Of a DNA stretch of 64,000 nucleotides, positions 40,760-51,610 are shown one piece after another. The notes below the pieces were generated by a model. That model searched no databases. It had not been told where the DNA came from and saw only the letters and a list, made by a program, of their open reading frames with translations. The DNA is from an uncultured delta proteobacterium (lineage in GTDB: Bacteria; Desulfobacterota; RBG-13-43-22). Both the position numbers and the translations under genes were made by a program. Where the stretch lies: assembly GCA_963790475.1 (NCBI GenBank), contig CAWBOS010000010.1, positions 1,760,001 through 1,824,000 of the forward strand. Reading direction: 5' to 3'. The stretch's first letter is position 1. Each line of letters starts with the position of its first letter.

Positions 40760-41013
40760 TTCAGCCTAACAAAACAGCTTTTTATCAAATTCTTTCTCGT
40801 TCTGAGACCTGTTATCGGCAATGGGTTCGTAGTCGGAGTGTTCAGGATATTAGTCCTTGGGTGGGGTATTTTCAGGGAAATACGGCTGAAGACAAAAATG
40901 ATTTGAGAATGCCGGGGGAAATGGCACCCATTTAATTCAAAAGCCGGCAGCGGACTCCATAATCCGAATCCCCTCCGGACCAACCTTAAACCAAAAACTT
41001 TTCAGGGGTCTTC

Positions 41014-41658
41014 ATGGAAAAGAAAAAAAACAGCGCGAACGGTTCAGGTAAGACCAATGGCCTCACCCGGCGCCATTTCCTCACCACTATGGGCACGGGC
41101 GCGGCGGTTGTGGCAGTATCAGGCCAGCTCGTCGCAGAAACCGCCCGGGAGCCCGAAGTTTTAAAAGCCAACGAGACGGTCAAAATAACCCTGTCGATCA
41201 ATGGCCGCCGCCACCATTTGCTGGTCGAACCCCGATGGTCGCTCCTCTACGTACTCAGGGAGAAGCTGGGACTGACCGGCACCAAGGTAGGCTGCGAGAG
41301 GGGTGAATGCGGGGCCTGTACGGTACTCATTGATGATGTGCCCCGCTATGCCTGTCTGACCCTTGCCGTAGAGTCTCAGGGAGTCAAGATCACAACCCTT
41401 GAGGGCCTTATGGCCGGTGACGAGTTGGGTCCCGTCCAGCAGGCCTTTCTTGAGGAGGATGCCTTCCAGTGCGGTTACTGCACGCCGGGACAGATCATGG
41501 CGGCAGAGGGACTGCTCCGGTCCAAGCCGGAACCCTCCCATGAAGAGATTCGGAGGGCGATGAGCGGCAATCTCTGCCGCTGCGGGGCCTACGATCACAT
41601 ATTCAAGGCCGTCGAGCGGGCGGCAGCCTTAAAAAAGGGAAAAGGAGGCCGGTCATGA
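41014..41658 (+). CDS. Xanthine dehydrogenase family 2Fe-2S subunit with Tat-like signal
   Basis: LTRRHFL; GCERGECGACTV; QCGYCTPG; NLCRC. Confidence 0.93.
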   Translation: MEKKKNSANGSGKTNGLTRRHFLTTMGTGAAVVAVSGQLVAETAREPEVLKANETVKITLSINGRRHHLLVEPRWSLLYVLREKLGLTGTKVGCERGECGACTVLIDDVPRYACLTLAVESQGVKITTLEGLMAGDELGPVQQAFLEEDAFQCGYCTPGQIMAAEGLLRSKPEPSHEEIRRAMSGNLCRCGAYDHIFKAVERAAALKKGKGGRS

Positions 41659-43986
41659 ACACCGAAGAAAAAGGTCTTTACTATCAGGCAGACACTCCCG
41701 TTCCCGATACTCCCCTTCCGGGAATTGCCCCTGCGCCGTGGAAAAAGACGAATGTTGTCGGTAAATCCATACCGAGGGTTGACGCTTACGAACGGGTGAG
41801 CGGCCGGGCTGTTTATCCGTCCGACCTTTCCCTTCCCCGAATGCTTTACGGGGCCATACTCCGCTCCCCCTATCCCAATGCCCGGGTGAAAAAGGTAGAT
41901 ACGACAGAGGCGGAGAAAATGAAAGGGGTCCGGGCGGTGATCAGCGCTGCAACCGACGAAGCGAGGGTTCTACTGGCCTTACACCCGAGAAAAGAAGGTC
42001 AGACTCTTTGACCCCCTGTGCCGGTACGAGGGCGAGACGATCGCTGCCGTAGCTGCGGAAAACCCTTACCAGGCCTGGGATGCCGTGAGGGCCATCAAAG
42101 TGGACTACGAAATTCTCCCCTTTGTCGTCGATGAGCGGAAATCGCTCGACTCCAAGGCTCCGGCGGTCCACCCGGAAGGGAACCTGGTAAAGCCGGTCGA
42201 AATATACGAACGGGGAGATATGAACAAGGGGTTTGCCCAGGCAGACGTGGTCCTGGAGCAGACCTATCGGACCGAGTGCGAGATCCATACGCCTATGGAG
42301 GCCCATGGATGTGTGGCCCGCTGGGAGCGGAACCTCCTGACCATCTGGGAATCGACCCAGGGTGTTTATCCGGTGCAGGCCCGGGTCGCCGAGGTCCTCG
42401 GGTTGCCTCTCTCCAAGGTGCGGGTCATAGGCCATTACATGGGAGGAGGGTTCGGCAGTAAGCTCCAGGCCGATAAATATACGATTATCGCCGCCATCCT
42501 GGCCAAAAAGACAGGCAGGCCGGTAAAGCTCTTCCTGACCAGGGAGGAGACCTACCTTGCCGTGGGCAACAGGCCCCCCGCCAATATGAAGCTGAAGGCC
42601 GGCGTGAAGAAAGACGGCACCCTCACGGCCCTGCATTTTACCTGTACCGGCACGGGGGGCGCGTTTCCCGCAGGCGGATCAGGCCTGACAGACTGGCTCG
42701 TCAAGGAGTTGTACCTGTGTCCGAATGTCCGAACCGAGCTCTCGGACGTATACATTAATGCCGGTCCATCGCGGCCGTTTCGGGCGCCCGGCCATCCTCA
42801 AGGGGCCTGGGCCCTGGAACAGATGCTGGATGCCCTGGCCGAGGCTATCGGGATGGACCCGGTGGAGCTGCGTCTCAAAAACATATCGACCTTCAGCCAG
42901 GCGAGGGCTGGGAATCCGGCCTACACGACAACGGGCTTCAAAGAATGTCTCGAAGAAGGGGCCAAAGCTTTCGGCTGGGAAAAGGCGCGAAAAGAAATCG
43001 CAAGACACCCCAAGAACGCGGGGATGCGCCGGGGAGTTGGTATGGCCGGCGGCACCTGGGTTGTGGGCGGAGGCGGTCCTCCCTCAACTATCATTGTGAG
43101 GCTCTTCTCCGACGGCAGCGTCAACCTGAATATGGGGGCGAGCGACATCGGGACCGGTACCAAGACCGTCATGGCCCTTGTTGTTGCGGAAGAGCTGGGG
43201 ATTAGACCTGAAGTCATCCAGATCGAGCATGCCGATACCGGGACCACTCAGTACGCCACAGGGAGCGGAGGCAGCAAGACCGTCCCTACCGAGTCGCCCG
43301 CTGTGCGTTCAGCGGCCATAGAGGTGAAACGGCAGATACTAAAGCTGGCAGCGGAGGAACTGAAGACCGATCAGTCGGCCCTTTCGATGATACAGGGGAT
43401 GGTCGTTGATGGGAAAGACCCCTCAAAAAAGATCAAGATAACCGATATATCAGGGCTTAAGACCCAGGGAGTGATTATCGGCGTCGGTTACCGGGGTCCC
43501 AACCCCCAGAATAAAACAGTCAACCCCTTTTGCGCCCAGTTCTGCGAGGTGGAATGCAATATGAAGACGGGCGAAGTCCGAATTATCCGCTTCCTCAGCG
43601 CCAATGACAGCGGACGGGTCATGGACCGACTCACTTACAACAATCAGGTGGTCGGGGGCATCACCATGGGAGTCGGCCTGGCCATGACCGAGATGAGGGT
43701 CCTCGACGGCGAACAGACCGGTAAGATGGTCAATAGAAACTGGCATGATTACAAGCTGCCTACAGCCCTCGATGTGCCTGGCCGAATCGTCTCCGTCCCC
43801 ATAGACAGGCCCGATAACGAGGCCAACCTGACGGGCAGCAAAGGTTTAGGGGAGCCGGTGACGATCCCCACGGCAGCAGCCATTGCTAACGCCGTGTATC
43901 ATGCTACAGGTCGGAGGATGACGGTAAGCCCCATCAATCCCGTCACGCTCTGCAATGAACTGGCCAAAGGCCGGAAGGAGGGCTGA
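41655..43986 (+). pseudogene. Xanthine dehydrogenase family molybdopterin subunit, frameshift near 41970
   Basis: VGKSIPRVDA in one frame; YWPY...RYEGETIAAVAAE, GGGFGSK, FRAPG and KGLGEP in the next. Could be a sequencing error. Confidence 0.85.
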
Positions 43987-43990
43987 GATC

Positions 43991-44962
43991 ATGATGCCCG
44001 CATTCCAGTATATAAGCGTAAAATCTGTTGATGAAGGGGTCAAACACCTTTCGACAGCGGGTTCGAAAATATTTGCCGGAGGGACAGACCTCCTCGGATG
44101 CATCCGGGAAGGGATCTTTCCCGTGGAAAAAGTGGTGAGCATCAACGGCATCAGGGACCTGAAAGGCATCCGCGACAAAGGCGGGGACTTAAGGATCGGG
44201 GCATTGACCACGATTACGGAAGTGGCGGAAAACCCGTTGATCAAGACACTTTTCCCCGGCCTGGCCCGGGCTGCGGGAGAAGTGGCCAGCCCCCAACTGC
44301 GCAATCAGGGTACTATCGGCGGAAACCTCTGCCAGAAGCCCCGCTGCTGGTACTACCGGGGTGAATTCCATTGCACGAGAAAAGGCGGTGACACCTGTTT
44401 TGCCTATTCGGGGGAGAACCAGTACCATTGCATCTTCGGTGGTGAGGGCTGCTACATCGTCCACCCTTCTGATACGGCCCCGGCCCTGGCAGCCTTTGAG
44501 GCCCAGGTAGTCGTGACCGGTCCGAAACGAGCAAGGATTATCAAGATCGAAGAATTTTTTATGCCTCCGGTTGTTGACCCGAAAACGGAGACCGTTATCG
44601 GGCCGGAAGAGATAGTCACCGAGATTCTGATACCTGCGCCTCAACCCGGTTTGAAAAGCTCGTACAGGAAAGTCCGTGCCCGCCGCTCATGGGATTTTGC
44701 CTTGGCAGGCGTAGCACTGGCCCTGAACTTCGATGGCCCCAGGGTGGCCAAGGCACGGGTATTCCTGAGCGGAGTCGCTCCGATTCCCTGGCGGGCGAAA
44801 GAAGTAGAAGAAGAGATAAAGGGAAAGGAATTAACAGCGGGAACGATCGCCAGGGCCGGAATGGCAGCCGTCAAGAAGGCCGAACCCCTGTCCAAGAACG
44901 GGTACAAAGTTCCCCTACTGCGGGCAGTGATAGAAGAGGAATTGGAGGCAATCAAGAAGTGA
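43991..44962 (+). CDS. Xanthine dehydrogenase family FAD subunit
   Basis: Motifs AGGTDLL, ASPQLRNQGTIGGNLCQKPRCWYYR, HPSD. Confidence 0.93.
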   Translation: MMPAFQYISVKSVDEGVKHLSTAGSKIFAGGTDLLGCIREGIFPVEKVVSINGIRDLKGIRDKGGDLRIGALTTITEVAENPLIKTLFPGLARAAGEVASPQLRNQGTIGGNLCQKPRCWYYRGEFHCTRKGGDTCFAYSGENQYHCIFGGEGCYIVHPSDTAPALAAFEAQVVVTGPKRARIIKIEEFFMPPVVDPKTETVIGPEEIVTEILIPAPQPGLKSSYRKVRARRSWDFALAGVALALNFDGPRVAKARVFLSGVAPIPWRAKEVEEEIKGKELTAGTIARAGMAAVKKAEPLSKNGYKVPLLRAVIEEELEAIKK

Positions 44963-45043
44963 AGGCATGGCTCTCTCTGGCCAGGCGAATCTCCGGGAGG
45001 GGGTACAGGATCAGCTCTTGATAGTACATCAATTTCCGGTCTA

Positions 45044-45337
45044 TTAATCCTTTTCCAGGATCTTCAGCCTCCTTACGATCAGGTCGTCGACCGTCAACGA
45101 ACCGATCCTCATTCTTTTTACCATAAATTTCCCTATCACTAATCGTCCCACCGCCAGAGCGCCGATGGCCAGCGCCCCCATGGACAGCACACCTAAAGCT
45201 ATGGCCCCAATTGCCACCCCACCTATGGATGAGGCACCCATGGTCGAGCTGGCAGTGTGAATATTTAGGTAACGATGCCGTCTATTTTTCTGAACTACTC
45301 TTTCGCTTTGAGATTCAGCATTTTTTCCATTGGACAT
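45044..45337 (-). CDS. Small Gly/Ala-rich membrane hypothetical protein
   Basis: GAIALG pentapeptide-like repeats, then IGSLTVDDLIV. Confidence 0.55.
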   Translation of the reverse strand: MSNGKNAESQSERVVQKNRRHRYLNIHTASSTMGASSIGGVAIGAIALGVLSMGALAIGALAVGRLVIGKFMVKRMRIGSLTVDDLIVRRLKILEKD

Positions 45338-45411
45338 GGGTTTATCTCCGAGACCTGTTTTTCGGTCAAAAAAAGGGGTTACGATTTTGGAGCTCCCTGC
45401 ACCTTCGTCCG

Positions 45412-46587
45412 TCAAAGATCCAGGAAGCCATCAGCGGCCAGACTGGTGGCCAGCATCACCCGGTTGATCTCCAGGTGCCCCCTCCAGCTTTTAGCCGACT
45501 GGTTAGCCGGTTCCAGCCAAAACTGTTCTATGGTTTCGATCAATGGTTCAAAGCCCATCAGGGCCGTCAGTGATGTCCTAAGCGTATCGGCCTTCGGCAC
45601 CAGATCTGTGTTTTCCTCGATCATGGACCGGACCTTATTTACAGCGTGTAAACCAATGGACAATCCCAATTCTCGGAAGGCCAGGCGGTATTCAGCTGGG
45701 AGCTTCCAGGGATCCGTTCGAAGGAACTTCTCCAAACCCAGTCGGGCAGAATCCAATAAGATCTTCAGCAGCTCGGTTAGTCCGAGATAATCCTCGGCCA
45801 TCAATTGTGTCAACCGAAGGGCATCACTCAACAGGCCACCGATACCCAGGGGGTCATCGGTGACCCAACTCTGACCTTCACACATTTCAGCCAGGTCGTC
45901 GATCTCGTTCTTCAGGTCCGCCCCGGTAGATTTTTTGAAAAATCGTTCGGTCGTGGCCTGAAGCTGGCAAAAAGTGATATAGCCGTCGAGGGGATCGTGT
46001 TGTCCCATGGAAGGTACGAGGGGATAGGAAAGGTCAATGCTCATCTTCCAGTACATTCGTTTGCGGCGGCCGAAGTTGGGGAAATAGGTAAACCGGTCAT
46101 GGGCTGTTTTAGCCAGCTCCAAGGCCCACTCATTATAAACGCCCTCTTTCATGACCCGGCTCAGATGGTTGAGAGCGTGCATCCACTTGGTCAAATAATG
46201 AAAGTACTGCCCGTCCCGGTCCCATTCCAGACGATCATCCAGGGGCTCATCAGGAAGCCGTTCGTTCATTTCCTTGCCGATCCTTAAGCCACCTATTGTC
46301 GGATGCCTCTGACCCTCCGGCTCGGATAGGCCGCTGATCCAGCCGGTTCGACGGTCATCTTCCCGGTGCCGGCCGAGAAGGCCATGGACCTGGTCGACGA
46401 GACGCAGAGCCAGGTCGCGGTACCCCTCTTCTCCGGTCTGATGATATAGCTCCAAAAAATTGCACAGGGCAAAAGCATCGGTCCATAGATAACGTCGGGG
46501 AGGCTCCCCGGCGGGCGTCAAACCGGTGGCTTCGGCAAATTGGACCATGATTTCGCGGACCTTGTTGTTGGGATACTCCAGTCTCAT
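45412..46587 (-). CDS. Conserved hypothetical protein (possible alpha/alpha-toroid glycosidase-like)
   Basis: Motifs RRYLWTDAFA, DGQYFHYLTKWMHAL, LAFRELGLSIGL. Confidence 0.75.
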   Translation of the reverse strand: MRLEYPNNKVREIMVQFAEATGLTPAGEPPRRYLWTDAFALCNFLELYHQTGEEGYRDLALRLVDQVHGLLGRHREDDRRTGWISGLSEPEGQRHPTIGGLRIGKEMNERLPDEPLDDRLEWDRDGQYFHYLTKWMHALNHLSRVMKEGVYNEWALELAKTAHDRFTYFPNFGRRKRMYWKMSIDLSYPLVPSMGQHDPLDGYITFCQLQATTERFFKKSTGADLKNEIDDLAEMCEGQSWVTDDPLGIGGLLSDALRLTQLMAEDYLGLTELLKILLDSARLGLEKFLRTDPWKLPAEYRLAFRELGLSIGLHAVNKVRSMIEENTDLVPKADTLRTSLTALMGFEPLIETIEQFWLEPANQSAKSWRGHLEINRVMLATSLAADGFLDL

Positions 46588-47029
46588 CTCTTTTCTCCCC
46601 CTGCGATTCTCTATGATGAGTTCAATTTATCAGATTATGAAACAATTTGCGATCCCCACCAACCCAAACAACAATAAAAACTATTGGTTTACTCCCGGGC
46701 GAATAGGCCCAATCATACTATTTTTCAAAAACATAGAACAATAGAAAATAGAATCCTCCTGAAAAAATATCCGATATTTCATCTAAAAAAGGGAGATAAA
46801 GGCAAGTCGCATAGTGTCAGGTCCTTATAATAGGATTGCAGTTTATATTAAAGAAATGAAATCCGAGGGTCTCGACGATGATAGGCAAAGGTCTGCGACT
46901 GCCGGACCACGGCAAAACGCCGCATCGGATGCGGAAGGGGTCTCTCGGCGGCACCAACAGGCCAAAGAATTGCCGAATTAAGAGAAATCGAAAAAGAAAA
47001 AGAATCGAAAAAAATGGAAATCCTTTTCA

Positions 47030-47479
47030 TCACCTCCGAACAATGAGAACGGGAATTTTCGACTCCTTGTGGATAACCCCGTAAGCGACGCTGCCCAATA
47101 TCGCCGCGGCCAGGGCGCTCCGACCATGGGAACCCATGATAATGAGATCGGCTTTGGACCGCTCGGCCGCTTTCAAAATTTCCTCGACCGGGTGCCCTTC
47201 CACGACGACCGTGTCAGACTTAACCCTATTTTCTCGGCAGATCTTCACAATGATCCCGGCAAAACCTTCGGCCGCCTCTTTAAGATAATCCTCAACCGGC
47301 TCGAGGATATGTCTGGCCGTCTTTCGGGCCGGAACGGTCTGACCGATCATGCCCCCCTTATCGATGACGCTCAAAACGATCACTGAGGCCTTGACCTTCT
47401 TAGCCAGGTCTATTGCATAGTTAGCCGCCTTTTGGGCTGTTTTGGAGCCATCGGTCGGCACCAGAATTTTAGAAATCAT
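47030..47479 (-). CDS. Universal stress protein
   Basis: Motifs ILVPTDGS, DLIIMGSHGR, LGSVA. Confidence 0.95.
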   Translation of the reverse strand: MISKILVPTDGSKTAQKAANYAIDLAKKVKASVIVLSVIDKGGMIGQTVPARKTARHILEPVEDYLKEAAEGFAGIIVKICRENRVKSDTVVVEGHPVEEILKAAERSKADLIIMGSHGRSALAAAILGSVAYGVIHKESKIPVLIVRR

Positions 47480-47605
47480 CTCTTCTCCTTTTAGAAACGT
47501 TGAGGCTAATGACGCCCGTTGAAGGCCTCAGACTGATTAAAGTCCGAGGCCCTCGATATCGTAAAAAAAGGGGGCAAGGATTAGATTACTTGTCTGAAAA
47601 CCGGT

Positions 47606-48184
47606 TTACTTAAGCCGGGTCTCGGACACCCTCCAGTCGATATTCTTGAAAAAGGCCTCGATGTAGTCGGCCCTTTTCAAACCATAATCCAGCATAAAGG
47701 CATGTTCAAAGACGTCCATAATAAGGATCGGTCTGCAACCGGAGGGGTGTCCAACATCGTGTTCATTGATCCAAAAATTGATGAGCCGGCCGTTGGCGGC
47801 ATCCTGATAAAGCACGGTCCAGCCGATTCCACGCATGGCCCCCGTGGCCTTAAAATCCTTTTCCCAGAGCTCATAACTACCGAAGGATTCGGCCAGTTTC
47901 TTCTCCAGCTTGCCGTTGATCTCTATGGGAGCATTTCCGCCCAGGTTTTCAAAATAGAGCTCATGAAGGCGCACGCCGTTGAACTCCCAACCCAGGCGCC
48001 TCTTTAGCTCCCCATACTCAGGGGTACCAGTCTTCCCCTCTTTGAGCATCTGTCCCAGGATTTCCAGCACCTTGTTGGTATTGGTCACATACCCCTGGTA
48101 GAGAGTGAAATGATTTTTTAAAAGATTCTCACTGAATCCGGTCATGCCGATTAACCCGGCGTAGTCCTTAGCCGTGTAAGCCAT
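47606..48184 (-). CDS. Fe/Mn superoxide dismutase family protein
   Basis: Motifs HFTLYQGYV, LHELYF, DVFEHAF. Confidence 0.88.
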   Translation of the reverse strand: MAYTAKDYAGLIGMTGFSENLLKNHFTLYQGYVTNTNKVLEILGQMLKEGKTGTPEYGELKRRLGWEFNGVRLHELYFENLGGNAPIEINGKLEKKLAESFGSYELWEKDFKATGAMRGIGWTVLYQDAANGRLINFWINEHDVGHPSGCRPILIMDVFEHAFMLDYGLKRADYIEAFFKNIDWRVSETRLK

Positions 48185-48253
48185 GATTATTCCCCTTTCC
48201 TGATTATTCTTTTTTGATTGGGATTGTTTTGGTTTTATGGTTTTACTGTCCAT

Positions 48254-48835
48254 CTATTCCGGCCTCATACCTGTCGGGCCCATCATCGGGTGGGATTTAA
48301 TCATCTCGACCAACCGTTTGCGCTGCTCCGCGGTCAGTTTGGATTTGATCTCTTCCAGAGCCCTGATGTGGGCCAGGTGCATGTCGGTTCGGACCATCCC
48401 GATTTGTTTCACCTTGGCTTCAACCGCCTTCATATCCACGGGATCTCGGGCAAGAAGATCCTGGAGTTCGATCCGGGCAATCTGGATATCGGCCATTTTT
48501 CTTATTGTTTCCTTGATAATGGTGCTCTTGATTTCCCGGATTGACTTTTTTTGTTGTTCGTCGAGATTAAGGACCGTGAAAAAAGCGGACAGGTGATGTT
48601 CGACCTCCGCCATCCGATCATGCCTGCCACATTGGCACATCATGCCCTCTTCCATGCCCTGCCCGCTCAGACCGTGGCCCATCATCATCCCCGAGCCCGT
48701 ACCGTGACCCCCCATACCGGAGGAACTCGGCATCCCGGCTGGGGGAACTATGCCGCTTATTTCTCCAAAAGCCAGGGCGGACAAAGTCATGATCGACACC
48801 AATAGTATTAATCCTGTAAATGTTATTTTTTTCAC
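48254..48835 (-). CDS. Spy/CpxP family periplasmic protein
   Basis: Signal peptide, Met/Gly-rich linker, LNLDEQQ and LTAEQ motifs; GTG start with AGGAG RBS. Confidence 0.8.
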   Translation of the reverse strand: MKKITFTGLILLVSIMTLSALAFGEISGIVPPAGMPSSSGMGGHGTGSGMMMGHGLSGQGMEEGMMCQCGRHDRMAEVEHHLSAFFTVLNLDEQQKKSIREIKSTIIKETIRKMADIQIARIELQDLLARDPVDMKAVEAKVKQIGMVRTDMHLAHIRALEEIKSKLTAEQRKRLVEMIKSHPMMGPTGMRPE

Positions 48836-49144
48836 CGCGATACTCCTTTTTTTCTCTGAGTTATTTGAAATAGGAAAGATCCAGGGAACAGCCCTTTCAC
48901 ACTTTTCCGAAAGAATTATAAAAAGTTTTTTCACCTCCTTTGAATTCTTAACTGGGAAAAAAATGACGAAAACATCATCCAATTCGGACTTTATAAAATT
49001 CTTAATATTATTTAATTAAAAAAAGGGGGAAATAGAAATAAGGCAAATTCTGTATTTTTTCATCAGAAATCCTGTAATTTAACAATTTCTGGGTCCATTT
49101 TCTTAACCTTAAGGGATGTCATCAATTCTCTCTATCAAAAGGGA

Positions 49145-49210
49145 CCCTTCTCCCCTTGCCTCCTTCGCTCTTTTCGTCCTTGACCGTGTCTTTTTCTTTC
49201 CTTATACTCT
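49145..49210 (+). repeat. Direct repeat containing a sigma70 promoter, copy 1
   Basis: TTGACC-N17-TATACT; similar to 49951-50017. Confidence 0.7.
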
Positions 49211-49338
49211 TTCCACCTGTCAAAACCTCATTTTTTTTGATTGCTGGAAAAGGACCGGGCTGCCTAAAAGCATGAAATCTGATGCTGGGCGATCCTTGGC
49301 CTCTAATAAATCATCCAGACATCAGAGAGGAGGACCCC

Positions 49339-49947
49339 ATGAAAAACTTTATTCTCTGCATGATGGGACTGACGATAACGCTCGCTATCGCCGGCACTGT
49401 CATGGCGGCAACGAATCTTGAGAAAGCGACCTTTGCCGGCGGCTGTTTCTGGTGTATGGAACACCCTTTCGACGTGATCCCCGGCGTGGTTTCGGTCACC
49501 TCCGGCTATACCGGCGGCCAGAAAAAAAATCCCACCTACGAAGAAGTTTCCGCAGGCGAGACCGGACATGCTGAGTCAGTTCAGGTAGTCTATGACCCGG
49601 CCAAGGTGACTTACGAAAAGCTTCTGAACGTTTTTTGGCACAACATCGACCCGACCTCAAAGGACAGACAGTTTTGCGATTCGGGCCACCAGTATCGAAG
49701 CGCCATCTTCTATTATAATGAGGAACAGCACCGCTTGGCGCTGCAGTCCAAAACGATACTGGAAAAAAACAAGACCTTCAAAGAACCGGTCTTGACTGAG
49801 ATCGTGCCGGCCACCGAATTCTACCCGGCCGAGGAATATCACCAGCACTATTACAAAAAGAACCCGATCCGTTACAAATTCTACCGTACCACCTGCGGTC
49901 GTGACAAGCGACTCAAGGAACTGTGGGGCAGTGAGGCTGGGCATTGA
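49339..49947 (+). CDS. msrA: Peptide methionine sulfoxide reductase A, exported
   Basis: Motifs FAGGCFWC, TGHAE, FYPAEEYHQ; signal peptide. Confidence 0.95.
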   Translation: MKNFILCMMGLTITLAIAGTVMAATNLEKATFAGGCFWCMEHPFDVIPGVVSVTSGYTGGQKKNPTYEEVSAGETGHAESVQVVYDPAKVTYEKLLNVFWHNIDPTSKDRQFCDSGHQYRSAIFYYNEEQHRLALQSKTILEKNKTFKEPVLTEIVPATEFYPAEEYHQHYYKKNPIRYKFYRTTCGRDKRLKELWGSEAGH

Positions 49948-49950
49948 CTA

Positions 49951-50017
49951 CCCTTACCCCTTTGCTCACACGCCCTATTTTTCTCCTTGACCCTGTCTTT
50001 CTCTTTCCTTATACTCT
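49951..50017 (+). repeat. Direct repeat containing a sigma70 promoter, copy 2
   Basis: TTGACC-N17-TATACT. Confidence 0.7.
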
Positions 50018-50150
50018 TACTTAGAGTTTTGGCGAGAGAAAATATTCAATATATCATCGAAGTCTTATTTAGAGGCTTTGGTAGGGCTATAGCTTGGGCC
50101 ATTTAGCTTCGGGCCGGTCTGAGTGATATTCCCTCCACTTAGGGGATGCT

Positions 50151-50819
50151 ATGAGGATGAGAGAACTACAAAAAGGGCTTCTTGTTTTAATGTTGGTTAC
50201 GGGTATGGTGCTCATGGCCGGGGAAGGGGTTTCCTTTGGAGGGGTAAGGACGGCGGTTGTCTCTTTTGAAGTGGAAAAGGGCCAGGGGAATGAGATCATT
50301 CGCTGCCGGTACTGCGGAAATATCATCGGCAGCGGACCTGTTGAAGGGGATCCGTCCGCACTTCTGACCCGTTTGTTGTGGAACCTTCTTTCGGAAAAGG
50401 GTAAAGGATTTGATTTTGTCAATCCGGATCAGGTGGAGGGGTTTTATAATATCCTTCTGGCCAAGAAGATCGAGAAAGACCCTTTGCGGTTGATGAAAAC
50501 CCTGGGCGTTCAAATGAAGGCGGAATATGTGCTCTGGGGCGACGTGTTCCGCTATCAGGAAAGAATAGGGACGGGCTATAGTGTTAAGAAACCGGCTTCG
50601 GTAGCTTTTGATCTCCATTTGATGAGGGTAAAAGATGGCAAATTGATCTGGAAGGCCCAGTGGGACCAGACCCAGAAACCCCTTAGTGATAACATCCTGG
50701 AATTCAATACCTTTATCAAACGTAAAATGCGCTGGGTTACTGCTGAACAACTTTCCCTTCAAGGTTTAGAGGAAATGTTAAAGGATTTCCCGTCTGTCGA
50801 ATCCTTGCCTAACCTATAA
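50151..50819 (+). CDS. Exported conserved hypothetical protein
   Basis: Signal-like N-terminus, CRYC, FRYQERIG...PASVAF...LSDN. Confidence 0.7.
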   Translation: MRMRELQKGLLVLMLVTGMVLMAGEGVSFGGVRTAVVSFEVEKGQGNEIIRCRYCGNIIGSGPVEGDPSALLTRLLWNLLSEKGKGFDFVNPDQVEGFYNILLAKKIEKDPLRLMKTLGVQMKAEYVLWGDVFRYQERIGTGYSVKKPASVAFDLHLMRVKDGKLIWKAQWDQTQKPLSDNILEFNTFIKRKMRWVTAEQLSLQGLEEMLKDFPSVESLPNL

Positions 50820-50860
50820 TCATTATCAAGGCAGTCGACCTTAAAGGCGGTCAGTGTGTC
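50816..50860 (+). pseudogene. hisA: hisA 5' remnant
   Basis: IIIIKAVDLKGGQCV versus the HisA start MIIIPAxDLKGGxCVRL; ATA in place of ATG. Confidence 0.55.
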
Positions 50861-50896
50861 CTATTCCCTGAAGTCCGGGCCGATACAACTTCGAGG

Positions 50897-51610
50897 TCAA
50901 ATCAGCAAGCCCCCTCCATCCACCTGCAGTATACTGCCGGTCATGTAAGTATTTTTCATCAGATAAATAGCAGCTTCGGCCACTTCCTCTGCCGATCCAA
51001 TGCGTTTCAAGGGCGACCTTTTTGCGAAACCATCGATAATGACCTGACGCTGGTCTCCGTACCTATCGAGTAAAGGGGTATCGATAAGGCCGGCTCTAAT
51101 GACATTGACTCTTATGGGGGCCAGTTCAAGGGCCATACCTCTGGCAAAGGCCTCGACAGCCGCAACGGATGCCGACCCAACGGAAGATCCCTTGATGGGG
51201 CGTACAGCCGCATTGCCTGACATATAGGTGATGGATCCGTCTTTGGCCATACTCGGCGCCGCCGATTGGGTTGCGCAGTAAGTTCCCCAAAACCGGGTAT
51301 CGAACGAAGAACGGATCTCTTCCATGTCGGTTTTTAAGAGGAGACCTGTTTTAGGCTCGGCGGCGGTTATAAAAAGGTGATTCAGCGTCCCCACTTCCTC
51401 AAAAAGCTTTTGAAGCGACATTTTATTCGCCATATCCACTTCATAAATCCGGGCCTGTTGGCCCAGTTGCTGATTGGCTTTTTCAAGTTTCTCCTTCGAG
51501 CGGCTGGCGATTACCACTGAAGCGCCTTCTTCAAGGGCGGCTCTGGCCGTCGCCAGACCAATGCCCGAACTGCCGCCGATAATAACGACCTTATGATTTT
51601 GCAGCTTCAC
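50897..51610 (-). CDS. SDR family oxidoreductase
   Basis: Motifs IIGGSSGIG, LELAPIRVN, VDGG. Confidence 0.9.
   Translation of the reverse strand: MKLQNHKVVIIGGSSGIGLATARAALEEGASVVIASRSKEKLEKANQQLGQQARIYEVDMANKMSLQKLFEEVGTLNHLFITAAEPKTGLLLKTDMEEIRSSFDTRFWGTYCATQSAAPSMAKDGSITYMSGNAAVRPIKGSSVGSASVAAVEAFARGMALELAPIRVNVIRAGLIDTPLLDRYGDQRQVIIDGFAKRSPLKRIGSAEEVAEAAIYLMKNTYMTGSILQVDGGGLLI

Noticed and set aside
46880-46950. c-di-GMP-I riboswitch-like GGCAAA...GCAAAAC with hairpins
   Set aside because: No GNRA loop/receptor or proper P1, and no downstream same-strand gene. An Infernal search would settle it.
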